From NCBI RefSeq assembly GCF_964213995.1, contig NC_135823.1:35154001-35218000 (forward strand): a stretch of 64,000 bases of DNA, written 5' to 3'. This document shows positions 50,260 to 62,730 of this stretch, one piece after another (within the stretch, counting starts at the first letter, position 1; every line of letters starts with the position of its first letter). The DNA comes from Mustelus asterias. Lineage: Eukaryota. The notes beneath the pieces are model-generated. The model saw only the letters and a program-made list of their open reading frames with translations, made no database searches and had not been told where the DNA came from. A program made the position numbers and the translations under genes.

Positions 50260-53200
50260 AAAACATAACTAAAGATAAGAGCAGGAGTTGATATTTTAGT
50301 CCCTTGAGCCCACTCCTCCATTCAATTTGATCATTGCGGATCTGATTCATGGCCTCAACTCCACTTTCCTGCCCCATCCCCACCCAAAAAAAAATCCCTG
50401 TAGATGAACATGCAACCTCCAACCTAGCCCAACCTCCACTAATCTCTGGGGTAGAGAATTCCAAAGATGCAACAACACTGACTCATTCCTCATCTCCATC
50501 TTAAGTAGACCACCTATTCTGGAACTCTGCCATTTAGTTATGGATTTCCCCAGGAAGGAAAATACCCTGTCAAGACCCATCTTAATGTTTTATTTCAATC
50601 AGGCCACCTCTCCTCCTCCTAACCTCCAATAAGTATAATAACTCCAGGAGTCAGCTGTAATGGAACAGTGCTGTATCGCACAAAGTAAAGCAAAATCACA
50701 AGCCTGTGATGAAAACAGGTCCCAACTGGGACATTACAATAATGACCCACTCAGGGGACTGCTTTATACAGAGCTCAGTATACGAGCTCCACCTGGTGAG
50801 TTAATTACCAATCCCTAGGAAACCCGTATTCAAAAGTCCTACAGAGAGGTTAATTAGTGATTTCCCCGTGCAAGATCTCGGGGTTATCAGAGTAAGTAAG
50901 GACCCGAACTCAACATTTATTCACAAGACAACAACTCCATCACAGGAATCACCCCAGTGAACATTCTCTGAACCATCTCCAATATAAGTATATTTTTCCT
51001 TCAATAAGGAGACCAAAACTGTACATAGTACCCTCTGTTCTCATCGATGTCCTACATAGTTTAGTAAGACTTCCCTGCTTTTATACTTCATTGCCCTTGC
51101 AATAAAGGCCAACATTTAATTTGCCTTCCTACTTCATAGAAATAGAAATCATAAAAACCCTGCAGTACAGAAAGATGCCATTCGGCCCATCGAGTCTGCA
51201 CCGACCACAATCCCACCCAGGCCCTACCCCCATATCCCTACATATTTACCCACTAATCCCTCTACAAACAAAGAACAAAGAACAGTACAGCACAGGAAAC
51301 AGGCCCTTCGGCCCTCCAAGCCTGTGCCGCTCCTTGGTCCAATTAGACCAATCGTTTGTATCCCTCCATTCCCAGGCTGCTCATGTGACTATCCAGATAA
51401 GTCTTAAACGATGTCAGCGTGCCTGCCTCCACCATCCTACTTGGCAGCGCATTCCAGGCCCCCACCACCCTCTGTGTAAAAAACGTCCCTCTGATGTCTG
51501 AGTTATACTTCGCCCCTCTCAGCTTGAGCCCGTGACCCCTCGTGATCGTCACCTCCGACCTGGGAAAAAGCTTCCCACTGTTCACCCTATCTATACCCTT
51601 CATAATCTTGTATACCTCTATTAGATCTCCCCTCATTCTCCGTCTTTCCAAGGAGAACAACCCCAGTCTACCCAATCTCTCCTCATAGCTAAGACCCTCC
51701 ATACCAGGCAACATCCTGGTAAACCTTCTCTGCACTCTCTCCAATGCCTCCACGTCCTTCTGGTAGTGCGGCAACCAGAACCTACACATCTCAGGACACT
51801 AAGGGGCAATTTTGAGCATGGCCAATCAACCTAACCCACACATCTTTGGACTGTGGGAGGAAACCGGAGCACCCGGAGGAAACCCACGCAGACACGAGGA
51901 GAATGTGCAAACTCCACACAGACAGTGACCCAAGCCAGGAATCGAACCTAGGTCCCTGGAGCTGTGAAGCAGCAGTGCTAACCACTGTGCTACCGTGCTG
52001 CCCATAGTCTCTTTTACAACTTACTTTCTGTAACTTTGTGATTCATGTATGAGGCCACACTGATCCATCTGTATTGCAGCATTCTGTAGTATCTCTTTTA
52101 AATTATCTGTGCTTTTATTTTTCCTGCCACATTTTCCCATGCAATACTCCGTATGCCAACTTTTTGACCATTCGCTTTTCTGTCCCTTTAGTTCAAAGAC
52201 GGTTCACTCAACTGATTCCTGAGATTGAGGTTATCTTACGGGGAAAGGTTGGGCAGGTTGGACCTGTATCCATTGGAGTTTAGAGAATGAGAGGTGATCT
52301 TATTGAAACACATAAGATCCTGATGGGACTTGACAGGGTGGATGCTGAAAGGATGTTTCCCTTGTAAAAGAGACTAGATCCAGAGGACACAGTTTAAAAA
52401 TGAGTCTTTAATTTAAGACAGATGAGAATTTATTTCTGAGTGTTGTTAGTCTGTGGAATTCTCTACCCCCAGAGATCAGCGAAGGCAGGATTATTGAATA
52501 TTTTAAGGCTGAATTAGTTTATTGATTGACAAGGGGGTCAGATGGTAAAGGAGGTAGATAGGAAAGCGGAATTGAGATCACAATCAGATCAGCATGATCT
52601 TATAAAATGGTGGAGAAGGCTCAAGATGCTGAATGTCGTACTCTGCTTCCAATTTGCACATTTTCAGACTTTGTATCATCAGCAAATTTGTCTACAATAC
52701 ACTCTACCTTCATCCAAGTCATTGTATAGATTGTATATAGTTGAGGCTCCAGCACTGATTCCTGTGGCACCCCTAGTTATAGTTTGCCAACTTGAAAATG
52801 ACCCATTTATCCTGAATTTCTGTTAGCCAATTCTTTATCCATGCTAATATATTACTCCGATCACCGTAAGTTCTTATCTTCCGTCGTAACATTTAATGTG
52901 GTACCTTATCAAATACCTTTTGGAAAACCAAATAAAATACATCTTGTTACTTCTCAAAGATTTCTAACAAATCTGTTAAACATGATTTCCCTTCCATAAA
53001 ATTATGTTGACTCTGCTTGATTTTCTAAATGTCCTACGGCTGCTACTTTAATTATGGATTCCAGCATTTTCCAAATGACAGATGTTTTTCTGTCTCCCTC
53101 CTTTCTTGAATAGAGGTGCTACATTTGCAGTTTTCCAAACAGCTGGGACCTTTCCAGATCAAGAGTATTTTGAAAGATTATAACCAATGCATCCACTCTC

Positions 53201-53660
53201 TGCAGTCAGTTCTTTAAGATCCTAGGATGAAGGCCATCGGCTCCAAGGGACTTGTCGGCCTTCCCCATTTGTCTTCCTGATACTTTTTCTCTAGTAATTG
53301 TTTTAGATTCCTCCCTCCCTTTTACTCCTTCATTTTCTACTATAATCGGGCTACGTTGTTTCTTCTACTATGAAAGCAAATAGAAAATACTCAAAGTGCA
53401 ATTTCCTTGATGTCCATTATGGATTTCCTAGTCTCTTCCTCTAAGTTTACTTTAGCTACTCTTCCTTTTTCATTTACTTTTAGAATCTCTTATATTTTCC
53501 ATTATTTTTATTTCTTGCCAATTTAGTCTTGTAATGTCTCCCTCTGTTATTTCCTTAGTCATCATTTTGCTGGTTTCTAAAGTTTCTCCAATTTTCTGCC
53601 CTACCACTAATCTTTGCAGCATTGTACCATTCTTAATTTCCTTAGATAGCCATGGTTGGT
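50260..53660. mobile_element. Nested cluster: CR1 (-) containing a solo LTR (50634-50890) and an HE1 SINE (51135-52003) that is itself split by a young CR1 3' end (51265-51781); further CR1 fragments
   Basis: ORF 51343-51789 is an intact CR1 C-terminus; the SINE halves rejoin at ccctcta|cctacacatc. Confidence 0.85.
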
Positions 53661-54510
53661 TCATCCTTCTCAGTCTTTTTTCCTCAGTAGACGGTGGCCA
53701 GGATTGTTCTATGGAGGCGGCCCTCCATTTGCCACGGGTTTCCCTGTTGTTTGCACCCTCCACTGCCGGTAACCCATGGTGGGGGGAATCGCTGTCGGTG
53801 GGAACAACTGGAAAATTTGAGCCGATTCTTGAGGGTTGCTAAACAATTCTTTAAGCAATGGCAGACATTTTATCTGCCATCTTACCCTTTAAGGTGTCTT
53901 GTGATTGCCACCTCGTTAATTATTCTGTGCCTTATGTTAAAGGAGATGAGGCGCATTAAATTAAAGTTTACTTCAATTTCATGCTAGGGAATTTCCCCCC
54001 TTTTTCCCCCCACACTTGCTGCTCTCTGGCCCTTTTGTTACAATTCCTGTTTCCAAAGACTTTTTGGAAAATTATGGTCAGCATCACTTCTGTTTCATCA
54101 TTATTTATTCTTGCTATTCTAGAACGTGAACCTGTTGAGACTATGAATGTATCAAATTGAAGTCCATTAAGCCCATTGACAGAGGTAGACAGAGCGAGAG
54201 AGTGCAGGAAGGGAAGAGAAGAGCTAGAAATAAGGTATGTTAAAGGCAGGAATTAGGTGGAATCAGAAATATAAATGAAATTCTCAAGGCCAGGAGGAGA
54301 GCCAAAAGCAATGTCAACAAGGTCTGAGGAAGAAGTCAAGATGGGAGCCTGAGTAAGAATGGAACACAGTGTCCTACCTATCTGGCAAAGACAAGTATAG
54401 GTGTAATGCATGAATAACAATTTTTATTTATAGCTGATTTCATTCATTGCACCTGACCTTTGGTATTCCAATTTGGACTCTTACTCTAAGAGGTGCTAAC
54501 ATTGCCTTAC

Positions 54511-54618
54511 CTTCTGCTCTTGGGCAGTGATAACAGTGTGAATATTCTCCTGGTCGGCAGCCAGCATTTTTCGAATTAGACAGATGTTGCTCCCTCCGAG
54601 CTGGTAACAAACTAAACC
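54511..54618 (-). CDS. BRICD5: BRICD5 coding exon 4
   Basis: GLVCYQLGGSNICLIRKMLAADQENIHTVITAQEQK (recalled human GCICYRPEEHQVCFLRLM); cggcag| and |gtaagg. Confidence 0.93.
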
Positions 54619-56265
54619 CTGCCGAGGGGGGGAAAATCGTTCAGTCTGTGTGCATATGACACCCCGGTAATTTACCTCAGCATCCTTCATTTAAAGCAAG
54701 AAAATCATATATTTCTTCAGGCTCAATGTATGCTGCGCCACTGAGAGGGTTTGAACTGAGCAGTAACATAACGTTTGAGAAAATCAAAGGCCTGGGACTT
54801 TGGTAATATTCTGCTGCTGGGGTGTTTGATTGTACATTTTAGGTGACCTTGTTGTTTTCAAATGTGTTCCAAAAGTATTGCATTAGTTCCATAGAATCCC
54901 TAAGTTAGTGAATGATTTTTTTCTATTATAACAAATATCTAGTGCAGGGTGATCAACTCTTTTAAAATGAGGGATACTTTGACCATTGGACAGTGTGGGG
55001 AGGTGGAAAGGTGAGGATGGTTGTTGGTGACCATGACAGCGGGGGAAGAGACATGGGTAGGGAGGGTTAATTAAAATCATCCAAAACTTAGATTATCATG
55101 TTGAGTCTCAACATTATCACCTCTCCGCTGGTCTACTCACTCACTCGCAGTGCTGATCGAATCACCTAAACCTACACTGCAAACTGCCCAGATCAGTCTT
55201 CCTCCAGCTGTTCTAGAAATAAGGGGCAAAAGGCATACCTTAAGAGACACAGGAAAAACAGTCAAAATATGGGTCAGTCCCTTAAAATATGGGACAGTTG
55301 ATCACTCTGGTCTTGTGATGAGTCAAAAGTTACAAAGTCTGAAGTTATGGGGTAAATTTTAACATCCAGAAACTGGTGTGTTTGAGGGTAAGGTGAGGTC
55401 ATTTAAAAAAAAAATCTCAAACCTGACCTCAACCCATCAATTTCCGGGTTTAACAAAAGAGGGAGAAGGATTGGGCAGACGATCTGGTCTCAGGAGCTTG
55501 GCTGGCAGTTTAAATATTATCATGAGGCTACTTGAGGCATGATCAGCTGAGGCAAGAACAGATTTGGGGAAAAGTTAAGTGTCCATATAACTCTGTTTGC
55601 AGGCTAGAATAGAGCAGGAGTGCTTCCCAAAGCTCTATTCTCCTCATCCCTACATACAAAGTTCAGTGATGTAAGGGATCAGGTACCCATAAAGAGGTCA
55701 TGCATCAGACATCCACCCATCCCCACCCTGCTGCCCCCTCAGTAGCAACAGTAAAAGGATCGTTTAGATCCAAAATGTTAACTCTGTTTCTCTCTTACGG
55801 ATGTGATTTTCCAGCATTCTCTGATTTTATTTGATTTCCAGCATCTGCAGTATTTTGCTCTTATTTTAGTAAAGACCTTCCTACCTGTTCCTGTCATCTG
55901 CTCTGGAGTTTTTTTCCTGCCCGAGTGGAAACCAAGCCTGTCATTCAGGCTGACTTCCAGGTGGGAAATCTGTGAAGAGCTAAAACTCCACAGAATACAG
56001 GGAAACCTGGACTTCCACATTTTCCACCTAAAAGATGTTTCCACTTGTGGGGGAGTCCAAACTAGGGGCCAAAAAGCAACAATCTCTTAAAAAATATCAA
56101 ATAGTAAATTTAGGAGAAACTTCTTACCAAGGGGGTGTTTAGAAGTTGAACTTGCTACCGCATAGTGTTGTTAAAACATGTAAATAGTATAGGGAACAGC
56201 TACTTAAACAATGAAGGAAGGAAATGCTGATAGGGTCAAATGAAGTAAGGTGGGAGGAGGGTTAG

Positions 56266-56463
56266 GTCTTTCTTTTCATACCAACCAAGTAAATGAACTC
56301 AAATTAACTTGGGAGAAAAATTAAAAGGGGCAGCTCCCCAAAAGGCAGGGGAACAGCCCGAACAGAAAACAAAGTGCAAAGGAAACTTAAAACATTAAAT
56401 CATAATGTGATTGTCGGGGTCAGTAATACACCCCAGCCCCTGCAGTGCCCAGCGGGCGTGAAA
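56266..56463 (-). mobile_element. 5'-truncated Tx1-clade LINE with 12-bp TSD GAGGAGGGTTAG
   Basis: TSD at 56254-56265 and 56464-56475; minus strand encodes FHARWALQGLGCITDPDNHIMI* (Tx1 ORF2 C-terminus-like) followed by a T-rich 3' UTR. Confidence 0.75.
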
Positions 56464-56667
56464 GAGGAGGGTTAGATAAAGCATACTTGCTGAAATAGAC
56501 CCGTTGAACTAATTGGCTTGTTTTTGTGCTATTAATTGAATGTAACTGAGACACAGCCTCCTCCATTTGCAGTCTGCGGATTTGTCTGAAAAAGTTCCGA
56601 GCAGCCACTTGTAACTTAATGTATAAAACATTGCTCATCAATGTAGCCACCTCAGCCCCTTACTCAC

Positions 56668-56805
56668 ATTCTTACTGTCAAACAGCACCACTGTTGTGTG
56701 GTTCCTGTCCATTATGTGATAAGTTACCAGATCCTCTTCCTTGTTCACAACTGCTGACTGACTGATCGTGGCACCCTGCACATCGTGAAATGTTATCTGC
56801 ACAAC
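56668..56805 (-). CDS. BRICD5: BRICD5 coding exon 3
   Basis: VVQITFHDVQGATISQSAVVNKEEDLVTYHIMDRNHTTVVLFDSKN (BRICHOS VLFD Asp motif); ccccag| and |gtgagt. Confidence 0.93.
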
Positions 56806-57394
56806 CTGGGGAGAGGCAGAAACTCAAATATTAAAACCAGAGAAAACCTCAAATCAGTGGCTATGATCTCCTCAATCTTGGTTTTACTGAACTGCAACAA
56901 AGGCAAAAAAGGCAGACTCGGACAATACAAATTCACACAGAAAACAGTGATATAAGCAAGAGTATGAATTGTACATGAATCGATGCATTTCTCAGAATCT
57001 CACAATTGTTACGGCACAGAAGGAGGCCATTTGGCTTTCCAAATGAGTATCATGACTTCGTATCATTCCCCATACCTTGCACGTTGTTTCTATTCAAGTA
57101 ATCATCAAATGCCCTTTTGACTGCCTCGATTGAACCCTCCTCCACCACACTTCCAGACAGTGCATTCCAGACCTGAACCACACATTGTGTGAAAAAGTTT
57201 TTTTCTCATCACATTTGCCAATCACTAAATCTGTCCCCTCTGGCTCCTGATCCTTTCACATTTTCTCCCTATCTATTTTGCCTAGCCCCCTCGTGAATTT
57301 GAATATCTCTATCAAATCTCCTCTTAGCTACCTTCTCTCCAAAGAGAGCAGGACTTCAATCTGTCCTCCTAACTGAATTTCTCATCCCTGGAAC

Positions 57395-57707
57395 TATTAG
57401 AATCCCTATGGTGCAGAAGGAGGCTATTCGACCCATCAAGCCTGCACCAAGAACAATCCCACCCAGGCCCCTATCCTCGTAACCCCTTGTATTTACCCTA
57501 CTAATCCCCCTAACACTCCGGGTCAATTTAGCATAGCCAATCAACCTAACCCGTAAATCTTTGGACTGTGGGAAGAAACCGGAGCACCTGGAGGAAACCC
57601 ACGCAGACAGTGGGAGAACATGCAAATTCCAGACGGACAGTCACCCATGGCTGGAATTGAACCTGGGTTCCTGGTGCTGTGAGGCAGCAGTACTAACCAC
57701 TATGCCC
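57395..57707 (-). mobile_element. HE1-type V-SINE within a CR1 fragment (~56995-58020)
   Basis: V domain and tail as in the other copies. Confidence 0.85.
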
Positions 57708-59286
57708 AAAGGTTCCAGGCTTTTTTATTCATTTGTGGGACATGGGTGTTGCTGGCTGGCCAGTATTTATTGCCCATCCCTAGTAAACCACTTCTGCACT
57801 CTCTCCAATGCAATTGCATCTTTCCTATAGTGTGGCTCCCAGAACTGTACACTATATTCCAGCTGAGGTTTAACTAATGTCTTGTATAAATTCAACGTAA
57901 CCTCCTTGCTCTTGTACTCTATATCCCTATTAATAAAGGCCTAAATATTATATGCTTTATTTGCTGCTCTCTCCACCTGTCCTGCCACTTTCAATGAAAA
58001 ATGCACATATATACCCAGATAGGTGGAATCACACCTAACATTGGACACTATGGGCGGGATTTTACAGCCTTGCTCGCGCGAGACCGGAAACTCCTGCCAA
58101 CAGACATTTCCGTTGTCCACCCCTCGCCTGTTCCGATTCCATGGCGGGCGGGATGGTGGAATTCTAGCATATGTATTGTGTTTTGCAATTAACTGAAAGA
58201 CGATTTAAGATTATCAGCCAGGTTCACAATATGGCTCACTTATGCATGCTAGAAGCTACATACATTCACACAGCGGGCACTGTATTTTGAATACAGAAGG
58301 AGCATGCCCACATATTGTGTCTTTTTCAAATAAACAAAAGCTCAGGGGCAGCCATTCCCTGGTTTATTCCCCATGGCAATGTCTTGACCAGTCCGAGTTG
58401 ACCTGCCTGGCTTGAATTTGAACAAATGCTTGGTCATTAACTGTTCCCTGCTGTATTTTCTATGGCAGCGCCTCTACCAGAGTCCACTTGTGAACCAGCC
58501 AGCAGTGTAAATTACTTTTGGTAATCTTGCGAACTGTCCTGATCAGTTCAAGATGAAAAGCTTAGACAGAATGTCTCTTTTTTCAGTGATACTCGAGTTC
58601 TATACTACGAAATGGCTAATTTGAATTAAGTTTCAAAAATCTGGAAAATCAGTGCATTACCTGTGCACTTTTATTACATTCTACAAAGTTTATTCTGGAA
58701 ATAAAAGAGGCAACTTAAGTCACTTAGCAACAGTATAGAATATGCCCAAGGAACTTAAACTTACAGAAAAGATACAATCTGAAACCATCACACTCAAAAA
58801 AGCACCATCTACAAGTCCTTAGTATGGCCTCCTGTGCTACTCAATTCTGTTAAAAATCTCACAATAGTTCAAAGTGTTTTAAAATGAGTCAAAATTAACC
58901 AGTAATTGGAATGAAATGCAGTGTTTTCTGCTAGAGATGGGTAACTTGGGTGTGTAAGATGTTAAGCCAGAGCCACAGACCTGGGGCAGAGATAAAATGA
59001 GTAACCCAGCAAACACACTTCAGCTAAGTCAGAATCTGAGAAATGATCCAGCTACTTGTAAACATTTAAAGGCTCAGAGCTGGTCCCCGTGTTCAGTTCC
59101 TGACTGTTTTTAAAATTCCCAGTTTGTTATAAAGGTCCCTGAACCATAGTGTCATAAATTTACCTCAAACCTGGCCAATAATACCTGCTAGTCTCCAACA
59201 TTTCTCCACTTTTCTAACTCTCCCTAAGCTGTCTAGAGCTGGAACCTAGAGGGCAGGCAGGGAGCATTGCTGAGGATTTAACTTAC

Positions 59287-59424
59287 CTGCCGGTTGCTTC
59301 CTCTCAGATTCAGGATGCCCACGGCTGAGACCCCGATAACTGCAGCCACGACCAGCAAAAATAAAGCTCCACACAAGATGCGCAACCCAATCCCGGCTTC
59401 AGCTCCCAAGCGATCTGCTTGCAC
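59287..59424 (-). CDS. BRICD5: BRICD5 coding exon 2 (type II transmembrane segment)
   Basis: VQADRLGAEAGIGLRILCGALFLLVVAAVIGVSAVGILNLRGSNRQ; ctgcag| and |gtaagt. Confidence 0.92.
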
Positions 59425-59944
59425 CTGCAGTGGGAATGGTATAGGGAGAAAGAGTTTGAATTTTGGCTCTGCAGAATAGACACAGTTTTCAATCGGGTTT
59501 GTTGATTGAGATGGAATTATTTTCTGAATTGCAAGAATGTAGAGGCAGTGTCTGTGGGATGAGCTGCTCAGAAAGGAAGTCTTTCTTTGGTGCAAGACAA
59601 ACTTGGGGCTTAATCAGAATCAAATGCTGAGGGTGAGGACCCATTGACTGAGCTGACTGTGGAGGATCAGCTTCAGAAACCTGCTGCAGTCCCGTGTTAC
59701 TGAGCTTTCAGCCCAACCCTACTTGACATTAAAGTCCAACGTTCTGAAATCATACGACTGGCAGCTGTCAAAGAGACTAGTCACTGGTACTAAAGCAGTT
59801 TCTCTCCAGCTGAGCCAACCTAAGGTGTTGTCGGTCATGTACTGCATGTTGAACATGAAGAAAATCCCTTCTGTACCCACCCCCTCTTCAACCAATTTCA
59901 GGTAACAGTGGATCCTAGAAATGTCACTGATACTTAATACTTAC

Positions 59945-59995
59945 AAATGGGAAAACACCCTTCAGGGTATTTGCGATCCTCCTGCTTCTCTCCAT
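59945..59995 (-). CDS. BRICD5: BRICD5 coding exon 1. Full model complement(join(46130-46224,46690-46843,54511-54618,56668-56805,59287-59424,59945-59995)) = 684 nt, 227 aa
   Basis: agtATGG Kozak, MERSRRIANTLKGVFPF, phase-0 donor |GTAAGT compatible with exon 2. Confidence 0.78.
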
Positions 59996-61407
59996 ACTCT
60001 GAGAATGCTGCCTGCAATTCCCCTCTCCTGTCTGGCTCCTGCTGCTGTGGACATCGACACTGTTCATTGATGGAGCCGAAACTTGTGTGCCTGAACTTCC
60101 TCCCTTCCCTTTCCTGAGCCTCAGCTTGTTCTAGCCAAGGGCTGCAACATGATGCCAGGTCTGATTGATCAACAATAAGTAGAGAACTGAAGAGTGCCAG
60201 TGTTACAGGACAGGAGCCAGAGAGCAGCTGGTGCCAGAGAGTCCCTGAGATGCTAGAGCATGTTCAGGAATGTGAGTGGAGTTAAAGTCTGCTTGGGTGC
60301 ACAACAATGTACAGTCACTGATAACAGAATATGTTCAGATGTATTAGAAGGAGTTTAAAATCTACGGGGAGTAAGAGAATGTTTGGTGTATCTGAAGGGA
60401 GTTGGAACTTGTTCAGATATATCTAAGGGAAGCTTTAATATGTTCCATTGTATCTGAGGTAAGTTAATGTATGTTCCAATCTATCTGAGTGGTGTTGCAA
60501 TATATCTCCCTGGGAGAGGAGGAATGAAACTTTGGAAAATAGAAACAAAATGGAAAACTAACAATCTGCAAAGCAGCAGGAATAAGACAAGAGGCAGTGA
60601 CAGAGTATGGCAAAGGGATGAGGAAAATGATATCAAGTAACAGAAAATGAAAAAGAGGATGCAAGTGAGCAACAACAGCTTTGAGCTGCATCACAGTTTG
60701 TGTCAAAGGTCAGCTCAATGTCACATTAATTCTGATAATTAGTTTTTTCATAGTCAATATCATGCATAATTTAGAATTCTCATTCCCTCTCTAATTGTTC
60801 TGTTTGTCTCGTAATACTGGAAGATTGTTTAGTACTGTGTTTAACATCTGTTGTTTGCCTTCTCTCTTGGGCCCTTTTCTGCATCCTTTGATATATTTTA
60901 ATCTGTTTCAGTAAATTCCTGCACTCCTCTGAGAATTTCCCCTCTTATCTTATGTTTTCTGCAGTTTTTCTTGCTTTCAGTTACCTCATTTATCCACTTT
61001 AGGGATTATTTGTTACGTTGATATTTAATTTTCTTGAGTTGTATACTTATTCTTTTCACGGGAATGTGAGAAACCTTAGTGGTGATATTGATATTCAAAG
61101 ACATGACATTAGTGACAGGGGTTTGGGGGAACAATATTCTAGAGTCATGTCCCTAAGAAGGAAGCCATTCAGCCCATTGTGCCTGTGCTGGTTGCTTGAA
61201 AGGGCTAACCAATTAGTCCATTCTCTTGATCTTTCCCCATAGCCCTACAAAATGTCCCTTCTCGAATATATATGTATTTCAATTCTAACTAGCTCCTTTG
61301 TGTTGATTTTCACAGAGGAAATCATGGGCTCAATTTCTAAAACACAAGTGTAATTTCCAGAGAAGGCTGAAGAAATGATAAGGATGTTAAACACTGCAAA
61401 TAAGACA

Positions 61408-61720
61408 GATCATAAAATCTCTATAGTGCAGAAGGAGGCCATTCAGCCCATTGAGTCTGTACCGACTCTCCTACAGTGCATTGTACCCAGCCCCTATCCT
61501 TGTAACCCCACGGATTTATCCCGCTAATTTTCCTAGTTGATACATCTTTGGACACTAAGGAACAATTTAGCATGGCTAATCAACTTAACCTGCAAATCTT
61601 TGGACTGTAGGAGGTAACTAGAGCACCCGGAGGAAACCCACGCAGACAAGGGGAGAATGTGAAAACTCCACACAGTCACCCAAGGCAAGAATTGAACCTG
61701 GGTCCCTGGCGCTGTAAGGC
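61408..61720 (-). mobile_element. HE1-type V-SINE (further 3' fragment at 61875-62022)
   Basis: V domain and CR1-type tail. Confidence 0.85.
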
Positions 61721-62340
61721 AGATACTCAGAGGAAAATAAGCCATATGAACTGCACTCTAGGCTATTTCTACATTAAAATGGTGACTACACTAAAAGTGC
61801 ATCACTGGCTATAAGCCCCCTGGCAAATCCTGAAGTTGTGAAAGACATGAGGCAAATGCAAGTTCTTTCCATAATTCATAGAATCCCTACAGTATAGAAG
61901 GAGGCCCTTCGGGTCTGCACTGACCTCAATCCCACCCAGGCCCTTTTCCTGTAACCCCACATATTTCCCCTGCTAAACCGCTGACACTAGGGTCAATTTA
62001 GCATAGCCAATCAACCTAACCATAGCTGTCCAATCAAATTAGCACCCTGGCTTTCTCCATGTCTTTGTTACCTCTGGTTTCAACTATTCAATGCTCTCCC
62101 ATCCCACCTCCTAATCCTCCACTTTCCATAAACTTAATCTTGTTAAAAACCCTGTTGCCTGTATCCCCTCGCTTGTTCTGGTTCAACTCTCGCCAGAGCC
62201 TTGCACTTTCCTATTTCTGTGACATCCTCACAACTCATTCCCCCGCTCCACCCTGCCTCCACAACCCTCATCCTCACCCATGCAACAATTTAAAACTCAG
62301 CTCTGAATAAGTCAATGCTCGTCACTCGTAATGTCTCCTG

Positions 62341-62646
62341 ATTTATTTATTCCAATTCAATCAAATCAAGTCCAAATCAGAGTCTCAACAAGTGAGACAT
62401 TCCCGATCCAAGCTGACAAGACAGGGCTCTCACCACCTGTCTTTGGCTTGATCTACATGACCCAAGCTGATTGGAGTAGGCATTGCACCTCCTCCAAGGC
62501 TTGAACGTATTTGCATCTTAGCCAAAAGGCCGAGATGCCGCTTTTAAAAATTGCCTCAAATGAAGCTAAAATGTAACCTAATGACTTCAACCAAGTACAG
62601 CATGTCAATACTACACTTGATCTTAGCCAAAAGGCCGAGAAGCGAT
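62341..62646 (-). mobile_element. U2 snRNA-headed retroposon (candidate SINEU-like element) with 11-bp TSD
   Basis: Starts ATCGCTTCTCGGCCTTTTGGCTAAGATCAAGTGTAGTAT (U2 nt 1-39); second U2 nt 7-27 copy at 62515-62535; TSD AATGTCTCCTG at 62330-62340 and 62647-62657. Confidence 0.88.
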
Positions 62647-62730
62647 AATGTCTCCTGTTATGCCTCGACATCCATTTTTGACTGATTTTGCCCCTGAGGT
62701 ATGTTGGGATTTTTTTTCCTAATAAAGGTG

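Noticed and set aside
62608-62646. Functional U2 snRNA gene
   Set aside because: Only nt 1-39 are present; no Sm site or 3' stem-loops; flanked by a TSD.
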